Positions 49,259-62,050 are shown, counted from the whole stretch's first letter. The stretch: 62,050 nucleotides of DNA, filler included, from Diploschistes diacapsis (GCA_023645945.1; 9 parts of 9 records of this genome joined end to end with filler, not necessarily neighbours in it); one strand, 5' to 3'. Made by a program: numbers and translations. The notes: generated from the sequence alone by a model not told the origin.

Positions 49259-50104
49259 ATGCCTCGCAAAGCGAGCGAAAAGCCTGCGGCCCTTGGACGT
49301 CCGAAATCGAGAGCTCCCCACAACGAGGTCGATCACGATAGAAACCACGAGACGATCCGGGAACGAGCTCCTTCTCCTCCGCAGGGGTTATTCCCAGTGG
49401 GTCCTTTTGATATAGCTCTGCAGCTTTGTGCTTATATGTATCGAGGAATACAGGGTCAGGGCTCCTAACCCATTAACCGAGAAGGAGAAGGCTCAGGTTG
49501 CTGCTTATCGGGAACTGAGAGATCGCATTAACCGAGGACCGCTGTATGCAGTATTGGGTGACAATGTGAAAGTCACAAAGCAAAAGGGATACAAGCCTTC
49601 TGGCCGGCCCCTCATGGACCCTTTCGATGGCGTGGAAACGTACAGTCAACGGTATCAGGTGCGGAAGAAAACGCTGCCAAAGCTCGATACACGGCCATAT
49701 GGTATTTTCATTACTACCCTACTACCGAACCTTCTAAAGAGAGTATAGTCCTCAAGTTCTTCCCTAAAGAGCTATGGGGCACCCTCGATCCTTCCCTATC
49801 CTCGCAGAGATCTGCCAATTCGGAGAAGAGGAAACTTCAGCTTTCCTCAGCCAGACTCGCTAGACTTGATGTGGAAAACGCCGACGCTTTTGGCACGAAG
49901 AAGGATGGGATGGAAGAGGACGGTGACGAGGACGCAGCCGCTCAGGACGGAGAGATGGCTGAAGAGATGAAGGACGATATGTACGAAACGGACGAAGACG
50001 ACAAAGGGGGGGATTACAACGCCGAAGGCTACTTCGATGACGGCGGAGAAGATGCGGGAGACGACTACGATGCTGGAGATGGCGGCGATGATTCTTATGA
50101 TTGA
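49259..50104 (+). CDS. RPC31: RNA polymerase III subunit C31 (Rpc31/RPC7)
   Basis: GLFP/EY, RINRGPLY, DPFDGVETYSQRY, PY/VLKFFPKELWGTL and an acidic tail DYNAEGYFDDGGED; two introns. Confidence 0.9.
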
Positions 50105-50170
50105 TGTCAGCTACTGAGAATAATGTGCTTGCTGCCATGATTACCTCTCTCATACAAGGTCTTAACTATT

Positions 50171-51260
50171 TCAAAGTGTGCCTGGCAGTTTCTTGGCCAA
50201 GACGTCTTCCAAATAAGTCGATAGCCTCGAAGCTGTTTCAGCCACTGTGATAGAGGATTCTTGTGCCTGGAAAGGTCTTTTCCTGCAATTGTCCGTCCGA
50301 GCCTTCGCCTCTCTTGCCGCTACATGGTTGGCTTGTTCCTCCAGCCACATTTCTAGCAGCGTCTTCCCATTCGATTTATCATTTACGAAATCCAGGAGCT
50401 TCGAGACCCCTCCTTTCGACATACTGTGCGTTGCTCTATGTTTTTGTCTCTTTCTGGCCGTGCGGGTGTTGTCGTGGCCAAATATGTCACCACTATTTCG
50501 TCTCTTCTTGGACCCTTTCTGAGTTGGTGGCACATTGTCTTCATCTTGGTATCCCCACTGCTGTCAGAGTCCTCTTCTGGAATAGCCTTTATTTCCTTAG
50601 GGGAAAGGACTTTTCCAGGTTCGATCTGCTCCTGTATTCCGCTTTGTTGGGCACCATCCTTGGTTTCAGCCTTACCCTCACTGGTATCCTGAAGGTTATC
50701 GTCATAAGCTGCGCGCTTTGAAATCTGGTTGGATTTCGTGTCAGATGCAGCTTCCCCCCTAAGGTCTAGCTGATACTGTGAATGAGCCTGTTGATACCGT
50801 TGAGGATGAACCGGCAACTGCTCCAGCTTCGAGGGGCCTGTTCTGATGATAAGAATGTCCGAGTGGCCAGGTAGACCCTGCCTGGTGCTGAATTTCTCCA
50901 CCCTTCTTCAGAATTATCGTTCATTATCGGCCTCAAGTCCATGTCAAAGTGAGAAAAGCCTGGAAGGTCGCCTCGATTCACTAGTATCAAAATTCCTACA
51001 AGACGGAAGAGAAAGCAACATAAACTGAACTGGGCTAATACCCGCTGGCTATTGTCGTGCTTTTAAGCAAATTTGCAGCGCAGCGTCACCAAGGGGCTCG
51101 ATGCACAAGACTCAGCTCTGTCAAGCCCATACTCAGGCTTCATGGCGCCTTGATCAGTGCATGTCCTTGCCTCTACAAAGATAAACCATTCGATAATGGT
51201 TTGCTTGCAAAGCAGAGCAATGTTTGCACCGTCAAAAGCTTTCTTTATCCACAACAAATT
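50171..51260 (-). pseudogene. Frameshifted hypothetical gene remnant
   Basis: Overlapping protein-like pieces 51063-51257, 50766-50990, 50383-50901 and 50171-50533 in different frames. Confidence 0.35.
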
Positions 51261-51676
51261 AAAGAGTTTGGAACCAAGATGCGTCTAGCTCTTTTGATGC
51301 TTAGTTTCGCTTAAGAAAACACCGTCCCCTCGCTTATAGTAGCGCAGGGAAGCGACGGCATTGGCTGTTCATTGAAGGCCAGCAAGGCGCATTTTCTCCG
51401 CATGCAACGTGCTGATACACACCTTGCGAACGAGATCCAGATTAAAGGTGTCTGATTGATGCACTTTGCCGTATCCAGCTGGCTCTCGGTTCACATGAAG
51501 CAACCTCGCGAACAGCCCGCTCATGGTGGGCCAGGTAAGGAGACCAAACGTTTCCGTTCTTCTTCTTTTTCATGTTATGATGGCTTTTCATTGACGTCCT
51601 CGTCAGTTGTTCTATGTTTGTATGAGCTTCGTTGTGATATTGTACACGAATCCGTCTGCTTTGCAATTGTGCAAAC

Positions 51677-53093
51677 ATGAGGCTCTCCCCCCGACTTCCT
51701 GCGCCATCGCCATTGCCCACATCGGCTCCATCAGCGGAGCTCGTGGAGAGAGCATTGGAAATTCGACAAGGTTATTTTGGAGGTGCCACGTGCGGATACT
51801 TCAGCGGCCTGTTCCGTACGTATAACTCAGCTCTCTACCAGTTCAACGTCGATTTACCTTACTGATATGTTCGAATACCAGAAAGCCCTGCGACATGCGA
51901 CATCGGTTCGACATGTGCTATGAACAGCACGGCCTCGGTTCATGGCTGTTGTGTTGATATTAACAACTGTCCTATCGCAACTTCATGCGTTGACAGCAAG
52001 TCCTCGGCCGCCTGTGACTCCGACTGCCAAAACAACCCCTTCGTTATCGTATGGTACATCTATCCCAACTCACAGAAAGCTCCTCCTTGGCCCTCGAAAC
52101 TCTCAACTAACGGCTGCATCTAGTGATAACTTGGAACCATACTGCGTCACAAACATCTTCACCTCCCCAAACCTCCGCGGTTACGCCTGCGACAGCACCC
52201 CGGGCACCGTCTCCATCGACCCCACCTACTTCGGCGAACCTTCGCAAAGCGCCTACATCAGCTACGCCGAAGCCTCCTTCAATGCCGTGGCTGCCACCTC
52301 AGAAGTGGTCGTCTTCTCCGCCTCCATAAGCAACGGCGTCGTCGTGCCCCCCAGCACGGCAGGCGAAACCTCACCCACCGAGAATTACAACGTCCACAAC
52401 CCCTCCACCACGATCTCCTCCGCCGCTGCCTCTTCCACTTCTTCAAGCTCCACCCTAGCACCAAGCCTCATCGCCGCCATCGCTATCCCCTCCGTCATCG
52501 GCATCCTGCTCCTGGCCGCCGGCACTTTCTTTCTGATCTTGTACCTGCGCAAACGCAACCGCCGGCACGCCGGCGCCGCGCAGAACATCATCACGGGCCC
52601 CTACACCCACGTGCCGCCCTACACGCACAGCGACGGCAGCGGCCACGGCAGCGCCTTCCGCTCCCCGTACCCGGACGCGTACGCCATGAACATGACCAAA
52701 GAATACCCCTTGCACTCCTACTCCCAGCTCTCGTCGCCTCCACAACCCCCGAGCTTCCCAAGCAGCAGCCCCTTCGACTCTCCGCACTCCTCGCATGGGC
52801 CCATGCGAAGCCCTTACTCGTACGGTTCAGATAGAGAGGAGGTGGAGGCCCAGTACAGGATGTATGGCCACGGCCGGCCGGGTCTGAACAGGGAGAATCT
52901 CGATGCGCTGAGCGGGTCGGGGAGCGGGAGTGGCGGCGGTGTTGGTGGTGGTGGACCACGGGCGAGCGAGGAGTTGGCGAGGAGTAGGCGGCTGAGTGAC
53001 GACGGGGAGGTGGAGACGGTGGCGGCGGGGCCGGAGGCGGAGGCGGAGGTGGAGTTGGAGTCGGAGCCGGAGCCGGCGGTGGCGGCGACGTGA
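51677..53093 (+). CDS. Single-pass membrane protein: Cys-rich ectodomain, Ser/Thr stalk, TM helix, Tyr/Pro-rich tail
   Basis: TCGYFSG / CDIGSTCAMN..HGCC..CPIATSCVD..CDSDCQNN / PYCVT..YAC, then TM LIAAIAIPSVIGILLLAAGTFFLILYL followed by RKRNRR; two introns. The 3' end may be misassembled. Confidence 0.7.
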
Positions 53094-53281
53094 ACAGTGG
53101 TGGCAACGGCGCTGCGGCCGCCGTTGGTGCGGCCGGCGAGCAGCTGGGCCTCAGGTACGAGGACGAGGAGTTGCTGGTGCTGCGGCCGACGATGCAGCTG
53201 CCGTGCAAGAGCCGGTGCGGCGTGCTGGAGTTTAACCCGCGGTTCAACATGTTGGCGACGGCGGAGAGGGAGGTGTTGATG
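53000..53281 (+). other. SWD2: C-terminal fragment of WD40 protein Swd2/WDR82 overlapping the end of the membrane-protein gene
   Basis: LVLRPTMQLPCKSRCGVLEFNPRFNMLATAEREVLM resembles the Swd2 tail (..FNPRYNM.ATA..EV.FW). The frame is open only back to a Gly-rich run after TGA at ~52997. Confidence 0.55.
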
Positions 53282-53486
53282 NNNNNNNNNNNNNNNNNNN
53301 NNNNNNNNNNNNNNNNNNNNNNNNNTTAATTAATTAANNNNNNNNNNNNNNNNNNNNNNNNNNNNNNNNNNNNNNNNNNNNAGGTATCTTTGCCCGCTAT
53401 CCATTCATCTAGCCTTTCCCCAGGCGTAAAGAGAAAGCTGCTACGCTACAATTTCAACTCCGAGCCCACTCACACTCACAAGCACC

Positions 53487-53585
53487 CGCACACACACACA
53501 CACACACACAACACACACACGCACGGGGGGATACCACGCTGGTCCCACCACAACTGATATCAGCCACCGATGCCATCCAGAGACG

Positions 53586-53669
<84 letters not shown>
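53487..53669. repeat. Microsatellites (CA)n ~53489-53520 and (CAT)n ~53586-53669
   Basis: Directly visible. There is also (CCACTG)n at ~53955-53981. Confidence 0.95.
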
Positions 53670-54786
53670 GCCCGGCTGCAGGCTGCAGGAAGCAAGCAAC
53701 ACAGACCGCCCCCGGTCGGCATTCCACATTCCACATGGCCAACCAATTATCTTATCTGGCCCGTTCAAGGACGATAGAGGAAAATCAGTCAGCCTTGCAG
53801 GTCGGTCAGACATAGAGACAGATAGATACCTAGATACACACGAAAACAGCGGCTGGCTTTGTCTCTTCGAGTTGCCCCCGTTGTGTCTGCAGATAGATGT
53901 ACTTTCATTTCCATGCTGTAACTTGTCCCGTGCGCTCATTACCCATTACCATTGCCACTGCCACTGCCACTGCCACTGCCATTACCATGATCATTAATTT
54001 ACCATTAACCATTGCCCGCCTCCGCCTCCGGGCTCCGGTACAACAACCTTTACGTTTTGGTGGCTTGCCAATCTAACGGGTCTTGGATTCCTCTTTGAGA
54101 TTCCTGTTTGAGACAGATCCCTCTTTTGAATCGACCAGCCAGGCCCGCACCGTTCTTTTTTCGGATAGCACCCCTTCCCTTCCCTCCTTGCTCCTTGCAC
54201 CTTGCGCCCCTGCTTCAAGGTACAAGGAAGTCGATCCATCAGATTTTTCTCCAGCCCGGTAGTAATTATATCATCTTCCTCCTTCTCGACAGGGAAGGCC
54301 CAATGCTTTTAATATTTTTTTCTTTTCTTTTCTTTTCTTTCTTTTCGCTTTCTCTTTTTGGTACCAACGCTTCTTCGGAGTTCAAAACGGTTTTCTTATA
54401 TGTCGCCTTCACGCCATATTTCTCCCATAGTTTGACCCCGTTCTTGCTCTGAAGCCGTCTTTTCGAGGTCGACTGTCGCTTCGCTTAGTCCTTCCCTGGC
54501 CATTCCTCGGCCCACATTTGCTTTTCATACTCTCTCATCGCCCAAGACCACCGAGAACTCTGATTCCTATTCTCAAGTGGATCCACCCAACATACGTTGC
54601 ATCGACCGCGTTAGTCCGGCACCGTACGCGCAGGTGCTCTTGGGCTGCGGTTCATCCTGATGTTTTGAGGCTGTTAAATTGCAGGAGCCTCCAATAGTTG
54701 GAAAGCCACTACCGGCACCCCTCGCCTAAGGAACCAACCAGCCTCTCCCGCAACCATTGTCCGCCATAAGCCGAGAACCCGCTCTG

Positions 54787-55350
54787 ATGCTTCTAACTCT
54801 GAAACCTCCAATCCAGTCCGAATACCAGCGTCAAGGTCCTCATGTGTACTCGCCCCCGCGCACGAAGCCTCTGAAACTGCATTCTCCTCCAACCCCCAAG
54901 GGTGGCATCCTCCCTCCATTCTCCGATCCACAGTCGCAGAGGATGAGCACTCCGCACAGGCTTCCGCCACCGCTGGGGATGACCCTGCCCAACCCAACCC
55001 AGGATCGTGGCCCACCGCCCCCTCCGCCCTCGCTCGGTCAGACACAGCCCATGGGCCAGCTTCCGGCGCCTCCCACGAGCCAATGGCAAGGCACCGAAGA
55101 AGCCATGCGGCACTGGCTGGTCGCGAAGGCGGAGGAAGACAAGAGAAAGCAGGAGGAAGAAAAGACTCGGCAGGAAAGCTTGAAGCTTGAACAGCGGAAG
55201 ATAGAGCAGTCAATGCTTCGAGAGTCGCTACAGGGCGGTATGCCCCCACACCTGGTCCCAATGGTCTTTGTCGGAATGGGAGGCGGCGCTCTTGCGAACT
55301 CGACCATTGAGTGGGCGCAGCACTATATGTCCCAGATGACTCTTCACAAC

Positions 55351-55394
<44 letters not shown>

Positions 55395-56231
55395 ACAACC
55401 ACAGTATCAGCCACTGCCGCCGGCACTACCACCTGCGCAATCGTCTCCCGACATCCGCCGAGATCGAGCAAATCCTGGACCACAGCCCAATCCATACGCG
55501 CAGCATCAGCCACAGCCTCAGAATCCCGGAGCTTCAGCATATGGCTTCGATAGGCTCAGAACCGCTCAGCAGGCCATTCAAACCCCTCCTGGACCCACTT
55601 CTGCGCCAAGATCTGGACTACCACGCTTGAACACTGGCGACATGCAGATTCAACACCCGCCACCGCCTGGAGCGCAGCTACCGGTTCAGCAATCCGTGCA
55701 CCAGCAAGCGCACCCGTCGCAGCAAGAAGCGGCCCAATCTACACCCACTTCAATATACTTCCATCACTGGGTGCCGCCAAATAGCAACAAAGAGCCTGCA
55801 ACTCCCTCGGGTGAGTTTTACACGCTTGATCGATTGTATACATCAGGATGCTAACCCCCCCCTCCCCTCCCCGCTCAGACTACGCACATTCGCCCAAGAA
55901 ACGGAAGACTAACATGGGCCACGAGACGTCGCCATCCTTCACCCAACTGACGTCGACCGGTCGTCGCAACAGAGCGCATTCCCTCCAGCAGAGCGAGACT
56001 TCCTATTCGTCGCGCAGGAGTCATGACGGGCACCACGCTACCAGCCGACCTCCCAGCAGGCATCGACGGCCGAGCGGCGTCTCTGAAGTAGGCGAGCGTG
56101 ACCCGAGGCATGCTTCTTCCCAGCCCGACGGTACACAGTCCGGTCAATCACGCCAAGCTTCGGCCGGGCCAGAGCGAAAGCGAACGGACAGCGGAACGCC
56201 GAAGCGAGAGGGCGAAGGCCCGCCATCATAG
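54787..56231 (+). CDS. Pro/Gln-rich hypothetical protein with a coiled coil and YFHHWVPP motif
   Basis: WLVAKAEEDKRKQEEEKTRQESLKLEQRKIEQSMLRESLQGGMPPHLVPMVF, polyQ, and SIYFHHWVPP; intron ~55811-55879. Confidence 0.8.
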
Positions 56232-57902
56232 TTTTTTTTCTTCTTTTTTCTGACATGCACGATGCTTTTCTATGTACGGAAGACGATTGCTTCAAGATAC
56301 CCACCCTGGTGGCCGTTTTTGTATTTCAAGATTCGATGACGGAAGATAATGGCAGCATTTGTTTCACCATTTGCTGAAGCGTGCAGCATCATGACGACAA
56401 AACTTCACTTCTTGGAAAGACAGGTTTCTTCCACTATCATGTCTAATACGCATTGTCCTGTAGGCCATCTCGGTCGATTTTTCACATTCGAGAGTCCCGC
56501 AGGAAGTATGGGGCAGAGGATGGCGGCAGCAGTTGATAGTCCTTGGACGGGGATGGGACCCAACTCTGCGGCTTATCAGTCGCGCTGGCGCAACACCCAC
56601 CATTGATGCTATTGACTGGAGTTTACTGGCCTATTTGTTCTGAAACATGTGGATATACTTCTTTGGGTGCAAGCGTCCTGCTGCTTGATGGTCGGCTGTA
56701 GCATTGGGCAGGGATTGCGGAGAGGAAAGGGGGCTTCGTTCTGGAACAGTCGGAGGCTTGTCTATCATGAGCCTTTTTCGACGAGACTCGAAAGTAAATA
56801 GATGCGCAGTCGATGCAAATACCTCGTCGAAACCCCTGCAAAGGGTTGATCAAGGTAGACAGTCTTCTGTATAGCTTTGCCGCAATGAACACTTGCACAT
56901 TCGTCAACATTCGGCCATTATACAAGTTACCAGACTAGGATACAGATGCTATAGGTACCGCATATTCCACACAGGTTTACCCTCCCCAGCGAAGCGGGCT
57001 GCTAAAGCGTAGTGCACATGTTTGGATAGCTCTACGATTAAGATCTCCCCCCCCCTCCTTGATTTGAGGCTTTGCGTGGGCTTTCAAAACTTGGAGTTCC
57101 GATCTAATCTCTTATCTAATCTTCCTATCTCTGAGCTCCTTCCACCTACGCGTTACTACCTTCCGATAAACGCCGTTGCAGCTCAAGAAGACATTCCCAA
57201 AAAAAAAAAAAACCCCCCGGTCCTGATATCGCGTACTGCCGATCACAATCTTCTCTTTGCCTTTCTCACGCAAATAAACCACCCACCACCAACGGGCCCC
57301 AGTACAAAGTTACCCGGTGACAACAAAACAATTGGCCCCCACCCATCCCCATCTTCTCTCCAAGCACCACCGCGCTCATCACCGGCGCTGCCTCGGGCAT
57401 CGGGCTCGCAATTTGCCCGGCTCCGCGCCCGCCGTGGCATGAAGCTTGCGCTTGTGGACATGCACACTCCCGAGAATCTTGCCACTGCCGCGGGCCTCCC
57501 TGAAAAAAGCGAGAGTGGGGAGCGAGGGCTCGGGCGCAGAGGTCGAGACCTATTGCGGCGGACGTGTCGCGCGCGCAGGATCGGAAACGAGCTCAAGGTC
57601 CAGGTCGACCCGGCGGTTCGGCGCGGTGCAATTTCCTCGTGCTGTATGCGGGGATTCGGGTTGAAGGGGGGGGGGAGNNNNNNNNNNNNNNNNNNNNNNN
57701 NNNNNNNNNNNNNNNNNNNNNTTAATTAATTAANNNNNNNNNNNNNNNNNNNNNNNNNNNNNNNNNNNNNNNNNNNNGAGTGGAGGGGAGGGGAGGGGAG
57801 GGGAGTGGACCTATGAACCAGACAAAAAGCCATTTCCCGAAGAGGTTATTCTTTGAAGGTTGTCTGCACATCATCTTAGTGGCCCGAATTGGTCGAGAAG
57901 GT

Positions 57903-57957
57903 GCATCACATCGCATCGCATCGCATCGCATCGCATCGCACCGCACCGCACCGCACC
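57903..57957. repeat. Compound pentanucleotide repeat (GCATC)n(GCACC)n
   Basis: Directly visible. Confidence 0.9.
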
Positions 57958-58428
57958 GACCTCCAAGTTGATTCGGGCTCAGTAGGTGTTGCATCTGTTG
58001 ATCTTGGGTGGACTGGTACAAAGTCAGCTGCCTCTGAATATCACTACAGTCAACCTCGTATCATATCATATTACCATATCATTACTAACACCGTGAACAG
58101 CCCAATTATTGCTCGCCCTGGTTCAGCGCCTACCCAGCTTCCCTTCTTAGCTCGGTACGCTGGTCTGATCGCGCATGATTTACCAGGCCTGAACCTGAAC
58201 CTGAACGCAATAGACAAGCACGGCTGCTGGGACCATGACGGTACTAACCGAACGCAACCTTGCATAGGCAGGGCCTTGAAATCCCCGCGGAAAAGGGTCT
58301 TTGATCCTACCAGCTGTTCGTGGTCATGGCGAAGCTCTTGAAGTTAAGAGAACATCCGATGTGTTTCGTCCAACCTCACAAGTCAATCGATCTCGCTATT
58401 TCGACCCAAGTATTAATGACACAAGAAG

Positions 58429-59884
58429 ATGGCGAGTGGCCCCCCCTTTCCGGGCGCAATACCTCCTCCAGAGGGAGTGATCCCCAACGTTATTGACCCC
58501 CCAAATGATATGACTGCTGTCTGGTTAGCTGCCTTGATTATATGCCTTGTGATTCCTACGCTTTCTGTACCATTGCGCTTCTACATCAAAGTCCACCTCT
58601 TGAAGCAAGTTACGAAGACAGACTGTGAGTTCAATTCTTGCAAACAATTTCCATTTCGGGGACAGGAACTGAGCAGCTTTTTAGATTTGCATCTTGTATC
58701 ATGGGTAAGAAGGCGGACAAGCCTCGTTAACGGAGATTATGGTGTAATAATGGTAGATTCTTTTTCTTGCGACTATATCTCTCGGTCTCGCGCTGGTTCG
58801 GTTCGGTGTCGGACTTCATGCTTGGGACGTGACTCCTGAAGCTTTTTCCGCTTTTGCAGAGGTATATCCCCTGTCCATACTGTTGTCCATTTCTGCTAAG
58901 GTGTGGTATAAGGTCATCAATATACAACAAGTTATCTACATGCCGGCCATATTTTCCGTCAAAACTGTTATTCTCACCCAATATTTGAACATTTTCTGTC
59001 CGTCAAAGAAAGCTCCGAGGTGGAAGGTTATAGTGAGCCTTATTGTAGCCAACGCTATCTTTTTTACCATCCTATTTTTTCTCGAGATCTTCCAGTGCAT
59101 TCCTCGGCCAAAGATATGGAACCCATCTATTCCTGGCTCTTGTATTAACATCGAGCAAACCTTCATCGCTTCTGGCGTTATCAATGTCTGTGACGACTTT
59201 ACCATACTGATACTTCCAATTTCTTGGATCTGGAGGCTGCAGTCTCCTTTAAGAAAGAAGATTGGTATCTGCGTCGTCTTCTGCACCGGCGTGTTGTATG
59301 TGGCTTTCTTCGCAGATAGACGATGGTTGGCAAAGCTGATTGTATTATAGTGCATGTATCTGCAGTGTCATGCGTTTGGTCGAGAGCATTAGAAGCGTAA
59401 ACAACCCTGACATCACTTTTGCGCTCCTTCCCGTCTCCCTTTGGGCGTAAGCACTCGTTCCCCCACCAAGACGCCCATAGCCTGATATTAGGACAGAATG
59501 GCAGAAATTGCAAGTGGAATGTTGGTCTGCAACATGCCCTATCTCCCGCGTCTGTTCAACCAATCTTCAGATGCTGCTGAGGTTCGTGGCAAGCTCAGCA
59601 GTTACTGGTCGCGCAGGATTCCGGGTTATGGCGGAAACTCTCGTTACCATCGTAAAGACTATTCGGAAGTTGACGGGTACCCGTTGAATTCTGTGAATGG
59701 GATCCCTGGTCCTAGTGCGGAGACGGTGGTAGGAGGAAATGCAGAAGTGACGGGTGCAGCAGAGTTCGATGGATTAGACGATAGTGCCAATGCAGGAGAT
59801 GGAATACTGAAAACGATCTCAATTCAGCACTCGGCAGCCCAAAGAGGGACGAGGAGGGACCAACCAGCCATATTCAAAAAGTGA
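58429..59884 (+). CDS. Pth11-like integral membrane protein (fungal rhodopsin-like domain, no CFEM)
   Basis: GAIPPPEGVIPN, VPLRFYIK, GVGLHAWDV, KTVILTQYLNIF, IFQCIPRPKIWNPSIPGSC, DFTILILPISWIWRLQ and AEIASGMLVCNMP; several introns. Confidence 0.88.
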
Positions 59885-60299
59885 AGAGGGAAGGAATTGG
59901 TAGGATAAAAGATCGGATCAAAGCATGCTCGATTTCCAGACTGGGTGATTGGAGCTGCTGTTTCTAGGGAATAGAACCAAGTACTGGACGCACAAAGTCG
60001 GCATAGTGCGCATCGTTTAGGGAGTGTGTAGAGTGAACAGACCGGATGAAAGATATCCTGCAGGAAGGGCTTGTTTGCTCTGCATCCTCAGCCGCAGACA
60101 TGTAGATAGTAGATCAGGACAGTATCACACGGAACTGAAATTAATCCCTCGGTTCTGTGAGTTTCTGTCTTCAGCCTCGGTGCAGTCATTATAGAAAAAT
60201 AGGCAGCTTACTTGCCTCAATCACCTATCTCTTTCAACAGCCTTGACCCATGCTCTTTTCTAACTTTCCTACAATTTGGACTGTGTTACCTGCAGTGAG

Positions 60300-61318
60300 A
60301 TGAATGTGCAGAGCGATGAAGAACACTTGCTTCCATCGACGGCTGAGAAGGAAAGTGGTTTTGATTCCGGGTTGGAGAGGCAGGCGCCTCCGCGAAACCG
60401 CTTTCCATGGCTTCTTTTGGCCTTCGCAATAGCCGTTCTCTCGATCTTGCTAAACTTCTGGCTCTTGATAAAACCTGTATTTCGAACTTCAGACTCAGCC
60501 AGCTTGCTTGCTACCCACCGCTCGCCATATAGTTTGTTACCTACTCCTGCTTGCAGTTTTTTGACATCATCGATCTAATATCTTTCTCAGCCGGCCTCTC
60601 GCTTGACATGCCAACAATATACCATCATCATTCAGATTGGTGGGGAAGTAACAGCACTCGCGCTGACGAGCTTTGGGAAAGCATCGACACAGACCCTATG
60701 GTGGTGGCTCTCACCGATGATTTCGCTCGAGAGCACGGCCTGCCACGTTCCAGTCGCTTTCCATGGGATAAGCGCAAGGGCCGCTATTTCCTCAAAGTCT
60801 TTCACCAACTCCATTGCCTGGTCTGCACTCTTGCCCTGTCCCTTGGAGTTGTCATTTCCAACACACAAGCTCTGATCCTAATCCCTGTACTATTCTGGCA
60901 TCTTGCAAGCAGCCTAGCTCGCTAACTTCATTCGCTCTAGAAGTTCATCCGTCGCTACGTGAGCGATATGCAGCGGCAGAATATTTCTATGCTCGACGGC
61001 ATGCACGTTCACCACTGCCTCGATACCTTGCGCCAGGACACACTGTGCCGTGCAGACGATACGCCGATGCCGACCTCCGAAAATCTAAGAGCTATCGGTG
61101 ACGGACAGCCGCTGATGTGCCGAGACTACACCAAGCTCGTCGAGTGGGCGTACGCGCCAGAACGGCATGCGTGCCATCGCTCGCTGAGCGATTACAAGCC
61201 CATCGTCAATTCGATTGAGAGGTATGCTTTCTGTAAGTCCGATTCGCAAAATGACGATGTTGCAAGGCAATGGTTTGCCGAGCATGGCCATGTAGATCCG
61301 TGGGCGGCAGAGGCTTGA
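60300..61318 (+). CDS. UstYa / DUF3328 family oxidase
   Basis: N-terminal TM anchor, ADELWESID, FPWD..KGRYFLKVFHQLHCL and HVHHCLDTLRQDTLCRADDTPM (two HxxHC motifs), then GDGQPLMCRDY..LVEWA; two introns. Confidence 0.92.
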
Positions 61319-62050
61319 AGAGCTGGTTGGCGAGCTAGGATATTGGGCATCGTACATTTACTTGTACTCCTAAAGGCAGGATAACTGACGGGTTTTGAAT
61401 ATTTGCTGCCTTTTATTGCGGAATCTTTGAGCTTTTATTATCCTTTTCCTCCGGGCTATGCCTGATTTGACATTTTAATTCGTGTTGCAGTCCCTGAATT
61501 CGGCCATGGCTTGAGACCACTTTGATCTGTGGGTGATATGAAGGGGAAAAAAAGATGGCCGCTCTCTTTCCCCTGAAATAGCCAGGAGGGTGGAACGCGC
61601 AATGTATTTTCCAACCGCTTTTTCAGCTACCCCCTTTTTGCTATCCTATCTATCGTGGCATGGGCAGTCGCAGGACTCTTTGCTTTTTGCACCTCAAACC
61701 CATTCCGCACTTCCAATCGAAAGAAATCATTTCATCCCAGCTGACAATGACTGACTGCAGTCAGTCTGTCATCAAGGCGCGACTATCTCCCGCCCCCCGC
61801 ATCAACATGATATGCACATCCTTGGTGACAACGTTCCTGTTCCTGCGCGGCGCAAGCTTCAGCTCGATGTTGGTTTTCTTTGTGTCAAACACATTGCGCG
61901 ATGGGCTATAAACAAAACAGAAACGCTCCTGATTTCTCTTCGACTTTCTTAAGTTCTTTGTGATCTTGCTATAAAAAAGTTTTCCTTGAACCCAACCGTA
62001 CCCTCTCTGCTCCTCCGAACCACCCAAGATTCCCCCCCCCCCTGAAGCAC

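Noticed and set aside
53441..53939. Poly-Met, poly-Asp and poly-His ORFs
   Set aside because: Translations of the (CAT)n microsatellite.
61761..62027. Possible terminal exon or precursor peptide beside the DUF3328 gene
   Set aside because: No signal peptide, no repeated core and no recognisable domain; it lies at the window edge.

Overview
Fungal (Pezizomycotina ascomycete) genomic DNA with spliceosomal introns and AT-rich transposon relics mutated in a RIP-like pattern. The window is not one locus. Eight artificial 100-bp spacers (N44-TTAATTAATTAA-N44) join a long contig (1-26778) to eight contigs of about 4.3 kb; the seven complete ones are in decreasing length order, so neighbourhood across the spacers is meaningless. 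The long contig starts with LTR and MITE relics. A ~15 kb Starship-like element follows (~1.2-16.5 kb), with a pseudogenised DUF3435-type tyrosine recombinase 'captain' and cargo: a BTB protein carrying three CxxCH repeats, a MYND-finger/DUF4470-like protein, an ankyrin remnant, two orphan genes, a BTB pseudogene and an intact Mx-like dynamin GTPase. After it come frequenin/NCS-1, EMP70/TM9SF, a UBE2G-type E2, a hypothetical gene and an SDR. The small contigs carry nested LTR/Fot1 relics, an intronless uL15 (RPL28) pseudogene fragment next to a decayed intronless ORF of unknown, possibly viral, origin, AKR1, RSM22, MMS19, a chromovirus relic, a beta-carbonic anhydrase, Rpc31, a type-I membrane protein abutting a Swd2 C-terminal fragment, a Gln/Pro-rich protein, a Pth11-like receptor and a UstYa/DUF3328 oxidase. 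All family calls come from reading motifs by eye; no searches were run.
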